Both the position numbers and the translations under genes were made by a program. The notes under the pieces are model-generated. The model saw nothing but the letters and a program-made list of their open reading frames with translations, was not told the origin of the DNA and did not search any database. A stretch of DNA of 64,000 nucleotides, from NCBI GenBank assembly GCA_051362555.1, contig CM120640.1:59498788-59562787 (forward strand), in the 5' to 3' direction. The DNA is from Lingula anatina. Its lineage: Eukaryota; Animalia; Brachiopoda. Positions 28,299 to 40,812 of this stretch are shown here, piece after piece; positions within the stretch are counted from its first letter, which is position 1, and each line of letters opens with the position of its first letter.

Positions 28299-31200
28299 GC
28301 CACAAGTACGGCACCAACAATAAGGCTATATCGAATGCACACGTACGTGGCAATCTTGCTGTAATTAAATAGTGCATAATTTTATAGGCCAACCCGCAGT
28401 GGTCCTTAAAGAAGATCAGATGGTGTTGGTTATATCAGGCAATTTTTGAAGTTTGATTTAATCTCAAAATGATTTAAGGTACTGTAAGATAGACGTGGGA
28501 AGTCGCCTGAGAAGTTTTATCAAACAGTAATCTCCAGGCGAATGGCCTCATTAGGGGGGTCATCGTCATTACGAAACAAAAGTCTTAAGTGTATTACACG
28601 TAACACTCGAGTCCAGGCAAAGGTCGCGCAAAAAGACTAGTCACCATTTTAAAAACTACACTGCTGTAACGGAAAGCGCTGGAATACATTTCGTCTCTTT
28701 GGTGTATCACGGTCAAAAATGGTGGCTCAATTTCCTTCCAAAATCCCGTATTACAGGTATGAGTCCTATTTGAAATGTTGATTTTATCAAATTGAATAGT
28801 TTTATATTCGTATCATTTCCATTCAGCTGCTGCGTTTGTACAAGTAAATGCATCATTCAGATACAAGTGTGAACAAGACAGTTAATCAGTTAATTAAAAC
28901 AGTTAATTAGATTTTGATTCATAATTCGAGTTATTAGCGATATTTTTTACTTCATTGTCGAAAACTATCTCTCTGTCGAATCGTCTGTATTGAAATTGCA
29001 CGAAAATATCAGTCTTTTTTATCAATGAGGGTAATCTATATAACAAATCGAATTCCCACGTGTAAAGTACTGTCCTCACTTGAATTCGGTGTTTTATTAC
29101 CTTTTCTATTTAATACCCTCCTGTGCAATGCAGAAGGAACTGTCAGGTCATTATTTGAGGGGATTTACAGCTTAAAGGTCTGAAACGCGTATAGTATATA
29201 CATGCACTATAACCTTTTCAAACCTTGCATTTAAAATCAAAACATCTTAATTTACTATTACCTCCAAGTTACCCCCCCCCCCCCCCATTTTTGACACCAA
29301 GTAACAAAATGATTGATGAGTCAAAACATTTCTTTGTGATCGCTTGAAGGTCACTTATTATATCATTATGTTATATATACTATTAAACTCGAATGTATCT
29401 AGTTACCATGCTCTAGCAGTGTCCTAATACACTTGTTGCGTGTCTTACAGAATCCTGGTCTTACATGTAGCTCCAATCAGGAAACGTATTTATTGTAGTA
29501 TTCTTTAAAAGAAGGTCTCATGTATTCAAGATGCATCTGATGTAGATATCTTAAATAATGTGCCCAGGACAAGAAAAGTTTTTATATGTTATCCCGTCAA
29601 ATCACCCCCCAAAAGAGGACACCACTAAATATACATAAAAATGCAAAATGTCCCTAAGTAACTATATACTTGTGATTTATGCACACAAAAACAACTAAAA
29701 GACGCCAATTTACCTTAAATAACTGTTTAAATGATGACGGATGTCCCAGTGTTGGTTATCATTTAAGATAATCTTTATATCGAGATAGAAGGCACTATCC
29801 TTTATATTTTTCATGCTCACTTTGTAAACCCGTGCATTAAACTTAAAATTAAACGGGGGAGTTTATGGTTGCTGTCATGCGACCGGGGCCATTCCTCTGT
29901 CTGGACAAGAGGGGGCTACACTACTAGGATTACTGCAAGTAGTCGCACACATTACCTGCCTTAGCATAGCTTATTGTAAGTATTGAGGTCCGCTTATCAT
30001 AACCACAAAACCTTTTTTTATGTTATTTAACTTCTTTTATTATTTCACTATAATTGAAGTGCACCTTATAAATATGCGAGGATTCCTTTCTATTGTTTCA
30101 TAATATGAAAATAAGCAGGTTATAGAAAGCAAAAAGAAGCAGACAGATAAGAGAACTGTATTCATGCCTTCATTTAAGTCCCAGTTGATACCATCGGGGT
30201 CCAGTTATTTTTTATTTCTTTGTGCTCGCTAGGTTTCCTCACTGTGAGGAGATCATATAGAAACCCAGGCTGAAAACCTTTTAGTTTTATCGTTAAAAGA
30301 TAATTGTGCTCTCGGTGCACCTGGGTGGAAAAAGGACATCGATGAATTCTGAGCATGCGCGGCTGTGAGCACGACGCAAACCCTTGGCAGTTTTTTTTCT
30401 CTTGGAGGGCACGCTGATGTTTCATAAAGTTCCATATCACAGGTAACAATACATTTATCAATATATAAGCAGGATTTCCTTAATCCTGGAGTGATACGTA
30501 CGTCTGTCTCAAGAAGATCGCTCTCTAGAAATAATGAAATGTATGGTATGTTATTTAAATGTATACACTGTTGCTCAAAATGGTTGTCACATCTACTAGT
30601 CAAATTCGGAGATTTTGTTACAATATTTCTTTCGTGCGAACTGAATCATGATAAATTGTTTATCACTAAAGATGCCAACAAACACGTTTATTCGGCAGAT
30701 CTTCTTTTGATATAATGAGTTTTTTTACTTGTAAATGAATTCTTTTGAAAACAAATTCGGGTAAAACAAAAACTTGTATTTTGTCATGGGAAATTACATT
30801 CAATAACAAAATTCCACTTACATTTTTAAAATAAAACTATTGTACAATTTATAGAATAATGTCTCTTTTTTATTTTGCTGGGCGTGGGTTTCCCTTGTCA
30901 ACTGGGCGAAAATTGCTTTAGATCATATCCTTATACATAACAACAAGTTTTTTGACCCGCTTGAAGCCTTATTTTAGCCTTTCATACCTAAGCTTATTGG
31001 TAAGTTCTAAACAGGTGCACAGGAAAAATTGAACTAGTCTCGCCAGTGCATGTTTAAACAAAATTGACAAAATTGTCGCGATTTCATGGACCGATATTAA
31101 AGAAAAATTGCCTGCGATAATTGTGGCAACAAGTATTTCTACAATCGTCTTTGACATGCGGTTTAAGTCATTTATTCGACGATTGCTATCAAATCTGAGT

Positions 31201-32596
31201 CTGACAAACGACAATTATTGTTTATGATTCCTTTTTAAGTGGTGGTGGTGGCGGTGTGAGTGTGCGTGTGTGTGTGGGGGGGGGGGGGGGTGAAGATAAA
31301 AATACATATCGTGACTGACGTGGTTGAAAAAAGTGGGATTAACCCCCCTCCTCCATATTTCCTACGCCTATATTTATGCTTATACGTTTTGATGCCGCAT
31401 TTTTAAAATTTTCATTTGATTATTTTTGTTTGTTTATATATCGTGCACGGTAGCTCATTATGCTAGAACGCGACCGACTTTCGAACACGATCCTTGCATT
31501 TTCTACAAGGTTAAAAAAGCAACAACAACACCCTTACCTCCAGCCAACGGGAAAAGCATAAAACTGACAAATAGGTTATAAAAGTACTGCAATGCCAAGC
31601 TATGATCTATTTTCGAAAATATACTTTACTGATGGAGGGGAGGGGGTATGGTATTGGTTTGTGATCTATCCTGGATCTGCCAGTGCCAGGTGCAGCTATT
31701 GTAACCACACACCTCTGACCGTAATGCCCGTGTATGGGGTATGCCTAAAAAGAGGTGCCCAAAGTTCAAACAATTTGTCATCTGAAAACCAGAACAAAGA
31801 GCATATTATCTTTTGAAGAAAAGGGCAGTTAAACACAATCGGTTTCTGACCATGACAAGTAGCCTCCAGCCAGTGATTTTGTGTAATACAGTACACTTGG
31901 GCATTGGTCCAATATTTACCTCCGAGCTATATGTTAAATGATGAGGAAAATGGGTTAACTACATTATATTCCTGACCAGCAATACCTTATCACATAATGT
32001 TAGAAAAACAGTCTGTACCGATACACTTTGAGGGGTCCAAAGTAGTGATTACATTACAGTGGGTTTATTCGCTTTCACAAATTAGTTTCCTCGTGATTGA
32101 GCGAATCTTTATCTATCATAAATTGGCTGTTTGGAACGCGCGGAGTGGGGGGCTTGGTTAAAGTGACTCTCTTACGTAATACCCAGGATTTGCCAACCTC
32201 TCAAAGTGTATCGGTACAAACCATAAAAAAAGAACTCAATGTGAAAAGGGGCTTATTCACAGTGGTGGTGTCTTGTGCGCAAAGGGATTTTGAAATATTG
32301 GACAAAGTAATCATGGTCAATATGTGATAACACTTTGCTGTCATCTGAAATTTGATTAGAGTATTTGCTATCGTCTGAATCGGAAGATGGTCTTTAATTT
32401 GAGACCGAAATTTCTCAACCGTTGGTCAAGACATTGTCTAGATCTCATAATAATAATAATAATAATAATATAATTTGTGGAATAGACCTACTGGTAATTT
32501 CCTCTTTTAAGTGGAATGCGAAATATTTATTATCCTAAGATGAAATAAACATTTTCGAACCTCAAGTTAAGAAGTAGTTTTTTGTTCTAATTTCAG

Positions 32597-32894
32597 TCTT
32601 ACAAAACGCAAAAACGACCAGAATTCTTTCGTGAAGTATGACGAGCTGGATGAAGAATACACATACGATGAACAGCCGGTGGAGGCATCTGAGCCTGAGA
32701 AGGCTAACTGCTGCACAGCGTGTTGTGACCCTAGGTCTCCCTGCCCATGCGGCTGTGCCAAACGCTACACCATGGCTATCTGCGCGGGCGTTGGATTCAT
32801 GATCTCTTTTGGAATTCGGTGCAATTTTGGGGTAGCTATTATACAGATGACCAACAATGCCACGTGGCATCTCGGAGGAGTTGAGCAGTTTAGA
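32597..32894 (+). CDS. VGLUT: VGLUT exon 2
   Basis: [17 protein letters not shown]...[35 protein letters not shown]...QFR; CAG acceptor, GTAAGT donor. Confidence 0.97.
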
Positions 32895-33009
32895 GTAAGT
32901 ATTTATTTATTTATTTATTTATTTATTTATTTTCAGGTCTGACCGTAATCTTTTCAGTCCTTAACCCTAAACAGTGTAAAAGCATAATGTAGCGCTGTTC
33001 CCCCTTCAT

Positions 33010-33345
33010 CTTTTATCATTCGAAATTGCTGCACATCCTGCTGTACCTCATTGTTCTACCAACATGTTTCTACAGGTACAGTCCTTCTTCCCTGTAGATA
33101 CACAGAAGACTTTTTCCGCTGTGCTCCATGACACCCCCGCAATTGTCTCCCAGCTGTTTTCTTCCTCCCAGTCCACTTTTATTATTAAGTCTTCCTTGAA
33201 CCAAGGAGTTACTGTTGTAACTCCTTGCTTGAACTTAGTGTTAAGCTCTTCCTCCTTTCACCGCCACCACTTTATACTTGACTCCCCCTTCACCATCTTT
33301 CTTGCCTTCACCCTTACATACTGTAGAGCTACTGAGGATTGACAC
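33010..33345 (-). mobile_element. RTE-clade LINE fragment (EN-RT linker) in VGLUT intron 2
   Basis: Minus translation IKWWR*KEEE...WETIAGVSWSTAEKVFCVSTGKK...ETCW*NNEVQQ matches the RTE pattern IKWWKL...KVLGVSSG...ETWWWNEEVQ. Confidence 0.75.
33195..33234. repeat. 26-bp palindrome flanked by 7-bp direct repeat
   Basis: CTTGAAC-CAAGGAGTTAC-TGTT-GTAACTCCTTG-CTTGAAC. Confidence 0.9.
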
Positions 33346-33528
33346 CTAAACAAACTCACAGCCGCACGCATGCAGGTTCACCTTTAATTAATCTTAACCT
33401 AAGAGGCCAAGAATTATGATAACAATTTTCTATCATTTCTTCCTAATACGAAATTTATCTCACTGCCAGACACAATTCAGTTTGTTTTATATTTCAAAAT
33501 CTTACCCAGTAAATTTATTTTTTCATAG

Positions 33529-33647
33529 CCGCCAGAATTTGAGTGGTCTAATACAGTGATCGGGCTGATCGACAGCTCCTTCTTCTGGGGATATATAGTG
33601 ACGCAGATTCCAGGAGGGTACCTTGCTTCAAGGCTACCTGCCAACAG
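33529..33647 (+). CDS. VGLUT: VGLUT exon 3
   Basis: [39 protein letters not shown](R). Confidence 0.97.
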
Positions 33648-33910
33648 GTAAATTTCACGAACTTTACATTAACATTTTAGAATTGTCTATTACTTACGGG
33701 TGGTTTCCGAGCAAATACAAGTATGATTCTGCAATATGATACTGATATTTGCATACAATATTGGGTTTGGAAATATAAGCATGTAATTATACTGCCAACA
33801 AGGCATTAAGTATAAAAGAATGTACGTGATACGTTTTCCACTTCATTTTAATGCAGATAATTCCTACAATTACCCTGTAAATTAATAGCAATAATTTGTC
33901 TTAATTTCAG

Positions 33911-34025
33911 AGTGTTTGGGTTTGCAATAGGGATATCTTCCTTCCTGAACCTGCTCCTCCCAGGTGCTTGTAAGGTCCACTATGGCCTGGTTATCGCTGT
34001 TAGGATTCTACAGGGTCTGGTTGAG
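33911..34025 (+). CDS. VGLUT: VGLUT exon 4
   Basis: [38 protein letters not shown]. Confidence 0.97.
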
Positions 34026-34437
34026 GTGAGTACGATTGAAATCCCTTGAGACCTCTTTACGGCGATCCGAAAACAAAAGGAGACAATCAAGAGGTACTAT
34101 GTGACAGGGATGCTTTTTTTTGTTGTGTGCAATTGATTTTCCTTAACAACAAATGTGATTGTGTTTTTTTTTTTAAACAAAATGATTGGTTTTAGTATAA
34201 CTTTAGTGTAATTATCCTGTTATCGTTATTTTACAGAACTACTGTACATTGTAAATGCAGATAAGTGTGTGAGATTTTGGTAACTAAATCTAAATCTTTC
34301 AAAAGAATGCCGACAGACAAAATAAAAACCCCAGTAAAATACTGAGTTTAAATAAAAGAACTAAATAAAAGAACTTGGGACTAACTTGATCTGCATATTG
34401 GAGGATCGAAGAAATGTGTTTTTATTATGCATTGCAG

Positions 34438-34525
34438 GGTGTCACTTATCCCGCCTGTCACGGTATATGGAGACACTGGGCTCCGCCAATGGAGCGGTCA
34501 AGGCTGGCCACTCTAGCATTTTGTG
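34438..34525 (+). CDS. VGLUT: VGLUT exon 5
   Basis: [29 protein letters not shown](G). Confidence 0.97.
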
Positions 34526-34813
34526 GTAAAAATATAGATTTATTTTTTTAATTTCATTTTTATTTTTGAAAGAATAAAAGTGCATGACCTGCTTTACCCT
34601 CGTTAATGTGATTTTTGAGAGATATTTGCCTGCTTTTTAAGTACATCAAGATAAATAGTTGCCACACGGGACGGTAAATAGGTCTCAAACAAAACATTTT
34701 ATAATGATATGAAAAAAAATGTTCCTGTAGTATCCAACAATTTATATAATTGGTTTGACACTAGGCCTGATAGGTTTATAAAAACATTATCACTCTATAA
34801 ACAATCATTCTAG

Positions 34814-34900
34814 GTTCATATGCGGGCGCCGTGATTAGTATGCCACTGTCAGGGATACTTACAGACTACCTGGGCTGGCCAGCATGTTTTTACTTTTACG
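34814..34900 (+). CDS. VGLUT: VGLUT exon 6
   Basis: [28 protein letters not shown](G). Confidence 0.97.
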
Positions 34901-34998
34901 GTATGCTTCAAACACTAACACCCACGTAGTTAATTTGGATTCGTCGTGCCTCAATTTCCCTTTCCTTATCCAATAACTCTCCCCTCTCCACATTTTAT

Positions 34999-35002
<4 letters not shown>

Positions 35003-35039
<37 letters not shown>
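35003..35039. repeat. (CT)n microsatellite
   Basis: Direct reading. Confidence 0.95.
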
Positions 35040-35042
<3 letters not shown>

Positions 35043-35436
35043 AGCATTTGTGACGTCATATCTACATGTAACTGCACTGAATTAAATTACGGGCAGTACA
35101 AGTACGAGTAGTCAAAATTAGGAGTGCACATTTTTATGTACATTTTTGTTTGTTAATGTTTGTCCAGAGAATGTATCGTAATAGCAACATTGTCTTATTA
35201 TGGAACTTTCTTTTCACGAACAGTTCTATGGCAATTGATGTACCTCGCATTAACATCGAACGTTATATGACGAACATAGTGCATCAATTTACTGATTGAA
35301 ACCTTGAATTGAACTATCGTTTAAATCAAGAGCTTGTCAGACGGTATCTAAGCAAACTGTACTCTGAAAGGAAGCCCTTTAATTGCCAAGAATCATGTGA
35401 CAACGAAAAATGTAATAACAACATTTCAATTTTCAG

Positions 35437-35573
35437 GTGCGTTTGGGCTGATTTGGCTGGTAACATGGATGTTTCTGTCTTTTGAAAAGCCGTCTACTCA
35501 TCCCCGTATTACTAAAGAGGAACGGGATTATATTGAGTCTTCTATAGGCGAGGCAGATACGTTGGTCATTAGG
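35437..35573 (+). CDS. VGLUT: VGLUT exon 7
   Basis: AFGLIWLVTWMFLSFEKPSTHPRITKEERDYIESSIGEADTLVIR. Confidence 0.97.
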
Positions 35574-36824
35574 GTAAGAATTGTTGTGTGGTTGTTAATT
35601 GATATTCTGACATCTAATTTCAAGCGTTGACTTACATTTCTTCGTGTATCACAATGGAATCGAAATGAATTTGAATATTTGTTGCCCATTTCCTCCTAAA
35701 GTAATCATGCAAGTATTTTTCTTCCTTTTATATAATTAAGTTTGAACAAAAGCCTTAAGTCCACCATGTGAAGTGATATGAAGAAATGGTTAATCAATAA
35801 TGTTTTCATCAGCATGTGTTTTCTGAGGCACGATTTGATGCTGAATACGAATTTTTTTCAGAATTAAACAGATTGAACTCTTCTTAGAATGAAAATGATG
35901 AGCCATCAGTAGTAGTTATGTGTGTGTGTATGTGTGTGTGTGTGTGAGAGAGAGAGAAGTAAGCGAGGGGTACCAAAGAAGTATTGTATACTGTAATTTA
36001 AATTTCTTAAGTTCAATAAATAAAAAAAGAATTCTTAGATGTAACTTCAACATGAAAAAGAAAAAGTTTAATTTACCATGCAGTGTGTATCTGGTGTACG
36101 CATTTAGTGTAAATGCAATTTAAAATTCTGATTTCTTATATCTGATAGGGATTTTCCCATTTTTCATTTTGGCAGTGCCGCGATTTTCCTTTCGGTCATT
36201 TTCATGTCTGAGCGCATCTTTATACTCTATACATTGTTCCACAGAAAGAGAATAAAAACGAAAATACAATAAAAGTAGCTTTTATTATTATCATTATTAT
36301 TAGATATGATTATTATTAGGTATTATGTAGATATAAATGAATATGAACATTATATAAAACTGATTAAATGTGAACTCAGCTTAAGAGTAGGAATTTACGA
36401 TCATCTCTTCTAGAATCCACCTATCTCAGATTGCCCCATCCGTCTCTTATATTTGCTTTCAAGATTTGATTTTTCTCCTCACTTAATTTTCTTTTACAAC
36501 ATTTTCCCGTAATGCTGACCGTGTTAATTCATTAGTTATGTAATCTCTTTATTTATATCCTTCTCGAAACTCGTCCTAGCTCCGTCCTCCCATACCAATG
36601 CACCTAGGCCACAAAGGTGTGGCTTGCTACAGCCCACCGGTGTACCGGTGGGTGGATTCCGTGGAACAAGAAATACAAAAACGCAATTTCTGTTAAAAGT
36701 GTACAAATATTTATCATGCAACAAAAGACAATTGTTTTTGACAATTGAAAAAATCCCATATCGTCTTTTCATTTTTTGTTGTAATAGGAAAAAGGATTCA
36801 ATATTTTGATTTTCTCTTTCACAG

Positions 36825-36974
36825 AACGCAAAGACGCCATGGAAAGGCATGTTTACGTCCATGCCTGTTTACGCAATAATCGTTGCCAACTTTGCTCGAA
36901 GCTGGGCATTTTACCTTCTCATCACCAGCCAGCCATCTTATTTCGCGCAAGTACTACATTTTGATATATCAAAG
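36825..36974 (+). CDS. VGLUT: VGLUT exon 8
   Basis: [50 protein letters not shown]. Confidence 0.97.
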
Positions 36975-37374
36975 GTATGTAGAAAATAAACTGCTTTGCC
37001 TTGAAATGTTTTGTAAAATCTAGTGTGTGTCTGTGTGCCCGCGCGCACTCGTGCCCGCGCGTTGCCAAAACCTCTTGATAATTTAGGCACACGTAGGACT
37101 TAATAAAACTTCATAGGCCTGACATAATAAAGTTCGCGTAACGTGCCTTGGGCATAGCAAAGGAAAGAAGTTTATTCGTTCCAATCTAAGCAGTATTATA
37201 CATGTATATAGAATAGGAGAACAGGTAAAGCTTTTAATGGTAATAAGAGTGGACGATATTTCCGAGCGCCAAATGAAACAAAACGTTTCATAACACTTTG
37301 GGATTTCGTATATGTCCGCACATGCCTTATGGTCTTGTTGATGAAGAAGTGTTTTTTAATTTGTATTACTTCAG

Positions 37375-37507
37375 AGCGGCATCCTGTCGGCTCTGCCTCA
37401 CTTGGTGATGACCATCATTGTACCGCTAGGGGGACAGCTGGCTGACTTCTTACGGTCAAGAAAATATCTTAGTACAACAGCTGTCAGGAAAATTTTCAAC
37501 TGCGGAG
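37375..37507 (+). CDS. VGLUT: VGLUT exon 9
   Basis: [44 protein letters not shown](G). Confidence 0.97.
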
Positions 37508-37751
37508 GTAATGCCTAAAGACTCTCGCTATTCCATTCTAGTATCATTTATTGTTCGAGACCTTTGTGAAAAAATGGTTTAAATATTCGAACGGAATGAG
37601 GAAAGACAATTTTTAATTTCGAGGCGGAAAGGCCTGTGCCGAAAATACTTATTTCTCAAGGCTTATATTAAGCAGAAATGACTTGTTATATATGCAACAC
37701 CTGCTAAAATGCAGAGCTCTGTTAAAACAATTTTTGTTTCACATATTTCAG

Positions 37752-37862
37752 GTTTCGGTTTGGAAGGGCTTTTCCTTCTGGGTGTTGGCTATACACGTGA
37801 CCCAACGACAGCGATAATCTGTTTAACTATAGCCGTAGGCTGTAGCGGCTTTGCGATATCAG
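37752..37862 (+). CDS. VGLUT: VGLUT exon 10
   Basis: FGLEGLFLLGVGYTRDPTTAIICLTIAVGCSGFAIS(G). Confidence 0.97.
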
Positions 37863-37981
37863 GTATGCTAAATTCGAATGACTGAATCCGTTCGATTTTT
37901 ATGTTGACATTAGTACGGCTTGTATGTAATTAGTATTTGTCGTCGATTCACATGGTAACTGTATTCTTATATTTTTATAAG

Positions 37982-38109
37982 GTTTCAACATCAATCACCT
38001 TGACATCGCGCCCCGTTATGCTAGTATTCTTATGGGCCTCTCAAATGGAGTGGGGACGTTAGCCGGGATGCTTTGCCCTATTACTGTGGAACTTGTCACC
38101 AAGGACAAG
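37982..38109 (+). CDS. VGLUT: VGLUT exon 11
   Basis: [42 protein letters not shown]; AAG acceptor. Confidence 0.96.
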
Positions 38110-38378
38110 GTAAGAGACTGAGCTGACAATTCATACGTGTAAATTATACATATGCACTAGTACGTCTTGTACCATCGGTCTGTTTGTAGGGAATTTTGTC
38201 TGTTTGTAGAGTGCCTTTAAAATTGATAGGCCTACCTGTGTATGTAGATAATTTTTAATAGTCGTTTATAAGCAATACTATACATTATTATAATTGAACA
38301 AAGTATGTGATACATTGAATGATGTCTAATCTGTACAATTTCAAATTTTAACTCTATTAATTAAAATTCTGTTCTCAG

Positions 38379-38672
38379 ACTGCTAAATCTTGGGAATACG
38401 TGTTCTTGACTGCCAGCTTAGTTCATTTTGCTGGTATAACCTTTTACGGCATATTCGCCTCTGGGGAAAGACAACCGTGGGCTGATCCACCGCATGATGG
38501 TTTCTCTGAGTGGAAGCCAGATATGGATAACCCCATCCAACCGCACAAATCCATGTCGTATGGGACCCTTACCTCTGATGGACCGATATTCCCAACTAAA
38601 GAAGAGTTTGTTCAAGTTGATGCTAAAGACAGATATCTAAATGGTGACGCCGAAGACAGAAGTTTAGAGTGA
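38379..38672 (+). CDS. VGLUT: VGLUT exon 12 (to stop)
   Basis: [38 protein letters not shown]...SYGTL...DRSLE*. Confidence 0.97.
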   Translation, partial: TAKSWEYVFLTASLVHFAGITFYGIFASGERQPWADPPHDGFSEWKPDMDNPIQPHKSMSYGTLTSDGPIFPTKEEFVQVDAKDRYLNGDAEDRSLE

Positions 38673-39786
38673 AGTTTGAGTCTAATCACGTGTAGCAAAA
38701 ATGTCTCAGTATCCGCACAATATTGACTGTATTAACGTTGTGTTGTTTAAATGATATACACAATAGTATAAAGGATACCTTTCGGGTTAGCTGCAATTTG
38801 GTGTTTCGAATTATATCCCATTATAGACATAATGTAAGTATTCACTTTACAACTTCTTGCTATAAACATAGAGACGGAAATTAAGCACATCCACAGTCAT
38901 ATGCTTTTACTTGTTTAGGCTCTTGATTTTCAACTCTACTAGACATAAGCTCGTTTTCGCATCCATTTAGCAGGTTACCAACTTTACCTAAGTAGGTCAT
39001 AAACTTGGTTCCAAAATAATCTTTACCAAGGTCTCAGTTATTATTGTGGATATTTTTTAGAGAATTATCTGTGAATATCTGCGAAAAATCCATCTGTCGC
39101 CCTGTTAGAGGGTAGTTCCAAAATGGGAAATTAGTAGCGTTGTTAAGGGTACATTTTGGTATTAAAAAGTATGCATCCCAGTGCGAAACTAAAACCAATA
39201 TTGAGTTGATTAAAAATCCTTTAATTACAATGGGTAAGACTTAATGCCTCTCTCGCATTTTTAATAAGGAATATTACCGTCTTAGTTGGCTACCACAAGC
39301 TGACAACATCTTCGCAGGGATTGAACCAGTGCTTGATATTCTTGTGTATAACCGTGACTTATTACTGTAGTCCATACATGAGCGCAGATATGTATCACAT
39401 AATGACCACTTTATAAAACATATATAATCAAAACTATAAAAACTATGCTTAACTTTCGTCTCTATGTTTTTATTCTCAAGAACTGTTAGTTTCTATATCT
39501 GATGTTTAAAGGACTTAAAGGATCTGGAATTAGTAGTTAGATGTAGAACCAATGGCAACTTTGAGAAGGAAAATAGTCGACCAGTCTTGTTTTTCCTAAA
39601 AATGCAAAATAGTCATTAGCAAAAGCTTAAACGCTTTATCAGTTTTTCTTGATTCCTCGTTTCGTTGCAGAAAAAAAAATAATGGGAAGTATGAAAAAAC
39701 TAGTGAGTGCGAAGTACAAAGTGTGATTTTTAAGTGATATGGAAAACAGAAACCGTGGGCCTGTTTTAGAGGACCCATTTGTGTTA

Positions 39787-39824
39787 CTTATCTCAATGAG
39801 CTTCATGGAGCTCATTGCTTATCT
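39787..39824. repeat. 24-bp palindrome flanked by 7-bp direct repeat
   Basis: CTTATCT-CAATGAGCT-TCATGG-AGCTCATTG-CTTATCT. Confidence 0.88.
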
Positions 39825-40806
39825 ATACCTTATAAGTGATAAACAGTATAAGACAATCAGTCCAAGTACGTTAAAAAAACTTGGACAGTGTTACTCCCAA
39901 AGCAATACTTGAAAAAAAAAACTCAATTTTACATTTACTTGGCTGTAGTGTATTTAAGCTAAAGCGGGGTTTAAAGGGAAGAAGGGCTGCCTTTTTCGTG
40001 TTTAATGAGATCGACTACTGGTGTGAGTGTGATATAGTCACAGCAATTTGTATACGAACCGGTATTTAATTGTTCCGAGTTCTGAAATATTTCTTAACAG
40101 GGCTTGCGCAATCGTAAGTGTAGTGATATCTCAAACTATTCATAAAATATGACATACATGTAAAAGGTTGTCTGTGTTTTTAGGAAATTTACGTTAACCT
40201 ACGCCCACTTAAATGACTAAATGTTTCTTTATTTCAAAAATGAAATGCACTATATGATACCTGAACTTACTATATTGAGACGCTGGTATACCAAGTAGAC
40301 AAATGGCATATTTTCCATAAAATAACATCTATTACATGCCTGATATTGTTGTGGAATTAGCGTCATCTGACTACTTAAGAGTTATGTTAACTACAGTTAA
40401 ATAACATACATCTTTTCTGAAGTCGACAGGACATGCAACGAGTCGTTAATTGGTACAAATGTATGCGGCTGTTACGAGAACAATACAGATATCAAAACAA
40501 ATAGTTGTCTATATCATTATCATTATCTAGAAAGCACACTGTACTTATCTCCATAGAAATCAGTTTGTGCTGATATCTTACGAACGTTTAGATATCATTC
40601 GAACGTTTTAACTTGTTAATCATTAAAGAGAATACTTTCTTACAGTCCGAATAGTATTGACATAAAGCATAAACCTTCACGCAGAATTCGTGAGTTTTTT
40701 CCAGTAGTCTCTTTACGATCTTGATATGTTATGTAACTGGTGTATAATCAGATGTTTAAAATGTGTTGAACACAGTCGATAACTATATATGCTGGTGTAC
40801 ATGTAT

Positions 40807-40812
40807 AATAAA
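40807..40812 (+). terminator. Candidate VGLUT polyadenylation signal (would give ~2.1-kb 3' UTR)
   Basis: AATAAA preceded by TGTA motifs and followed by a T-rich tract; other AATAAA sites exist further downstream. Confidence 0.4.

Larger units (their letters stand above)
8185..38672 (+). other. VGLUT: Gene span: vesicular glutamate transporter, 12 coding exons, 582 aa
   Basis: Exon lengths 89,298,119,115,88,87,137,150,133,111,128,294 sum to 1749 nt (583 codons), all phases compatible, all GT-AG; diagnostic [41 protein letters not shown] motifs. Confidence 0.97.

Noticed and set aside
36633-36652. Palindrome CCCACCGGT-GT-ACCGGTGGG
   Set aside because: No flanking direct repeat, so not grouped with the 7-bp-TSD palindromes; no other support.
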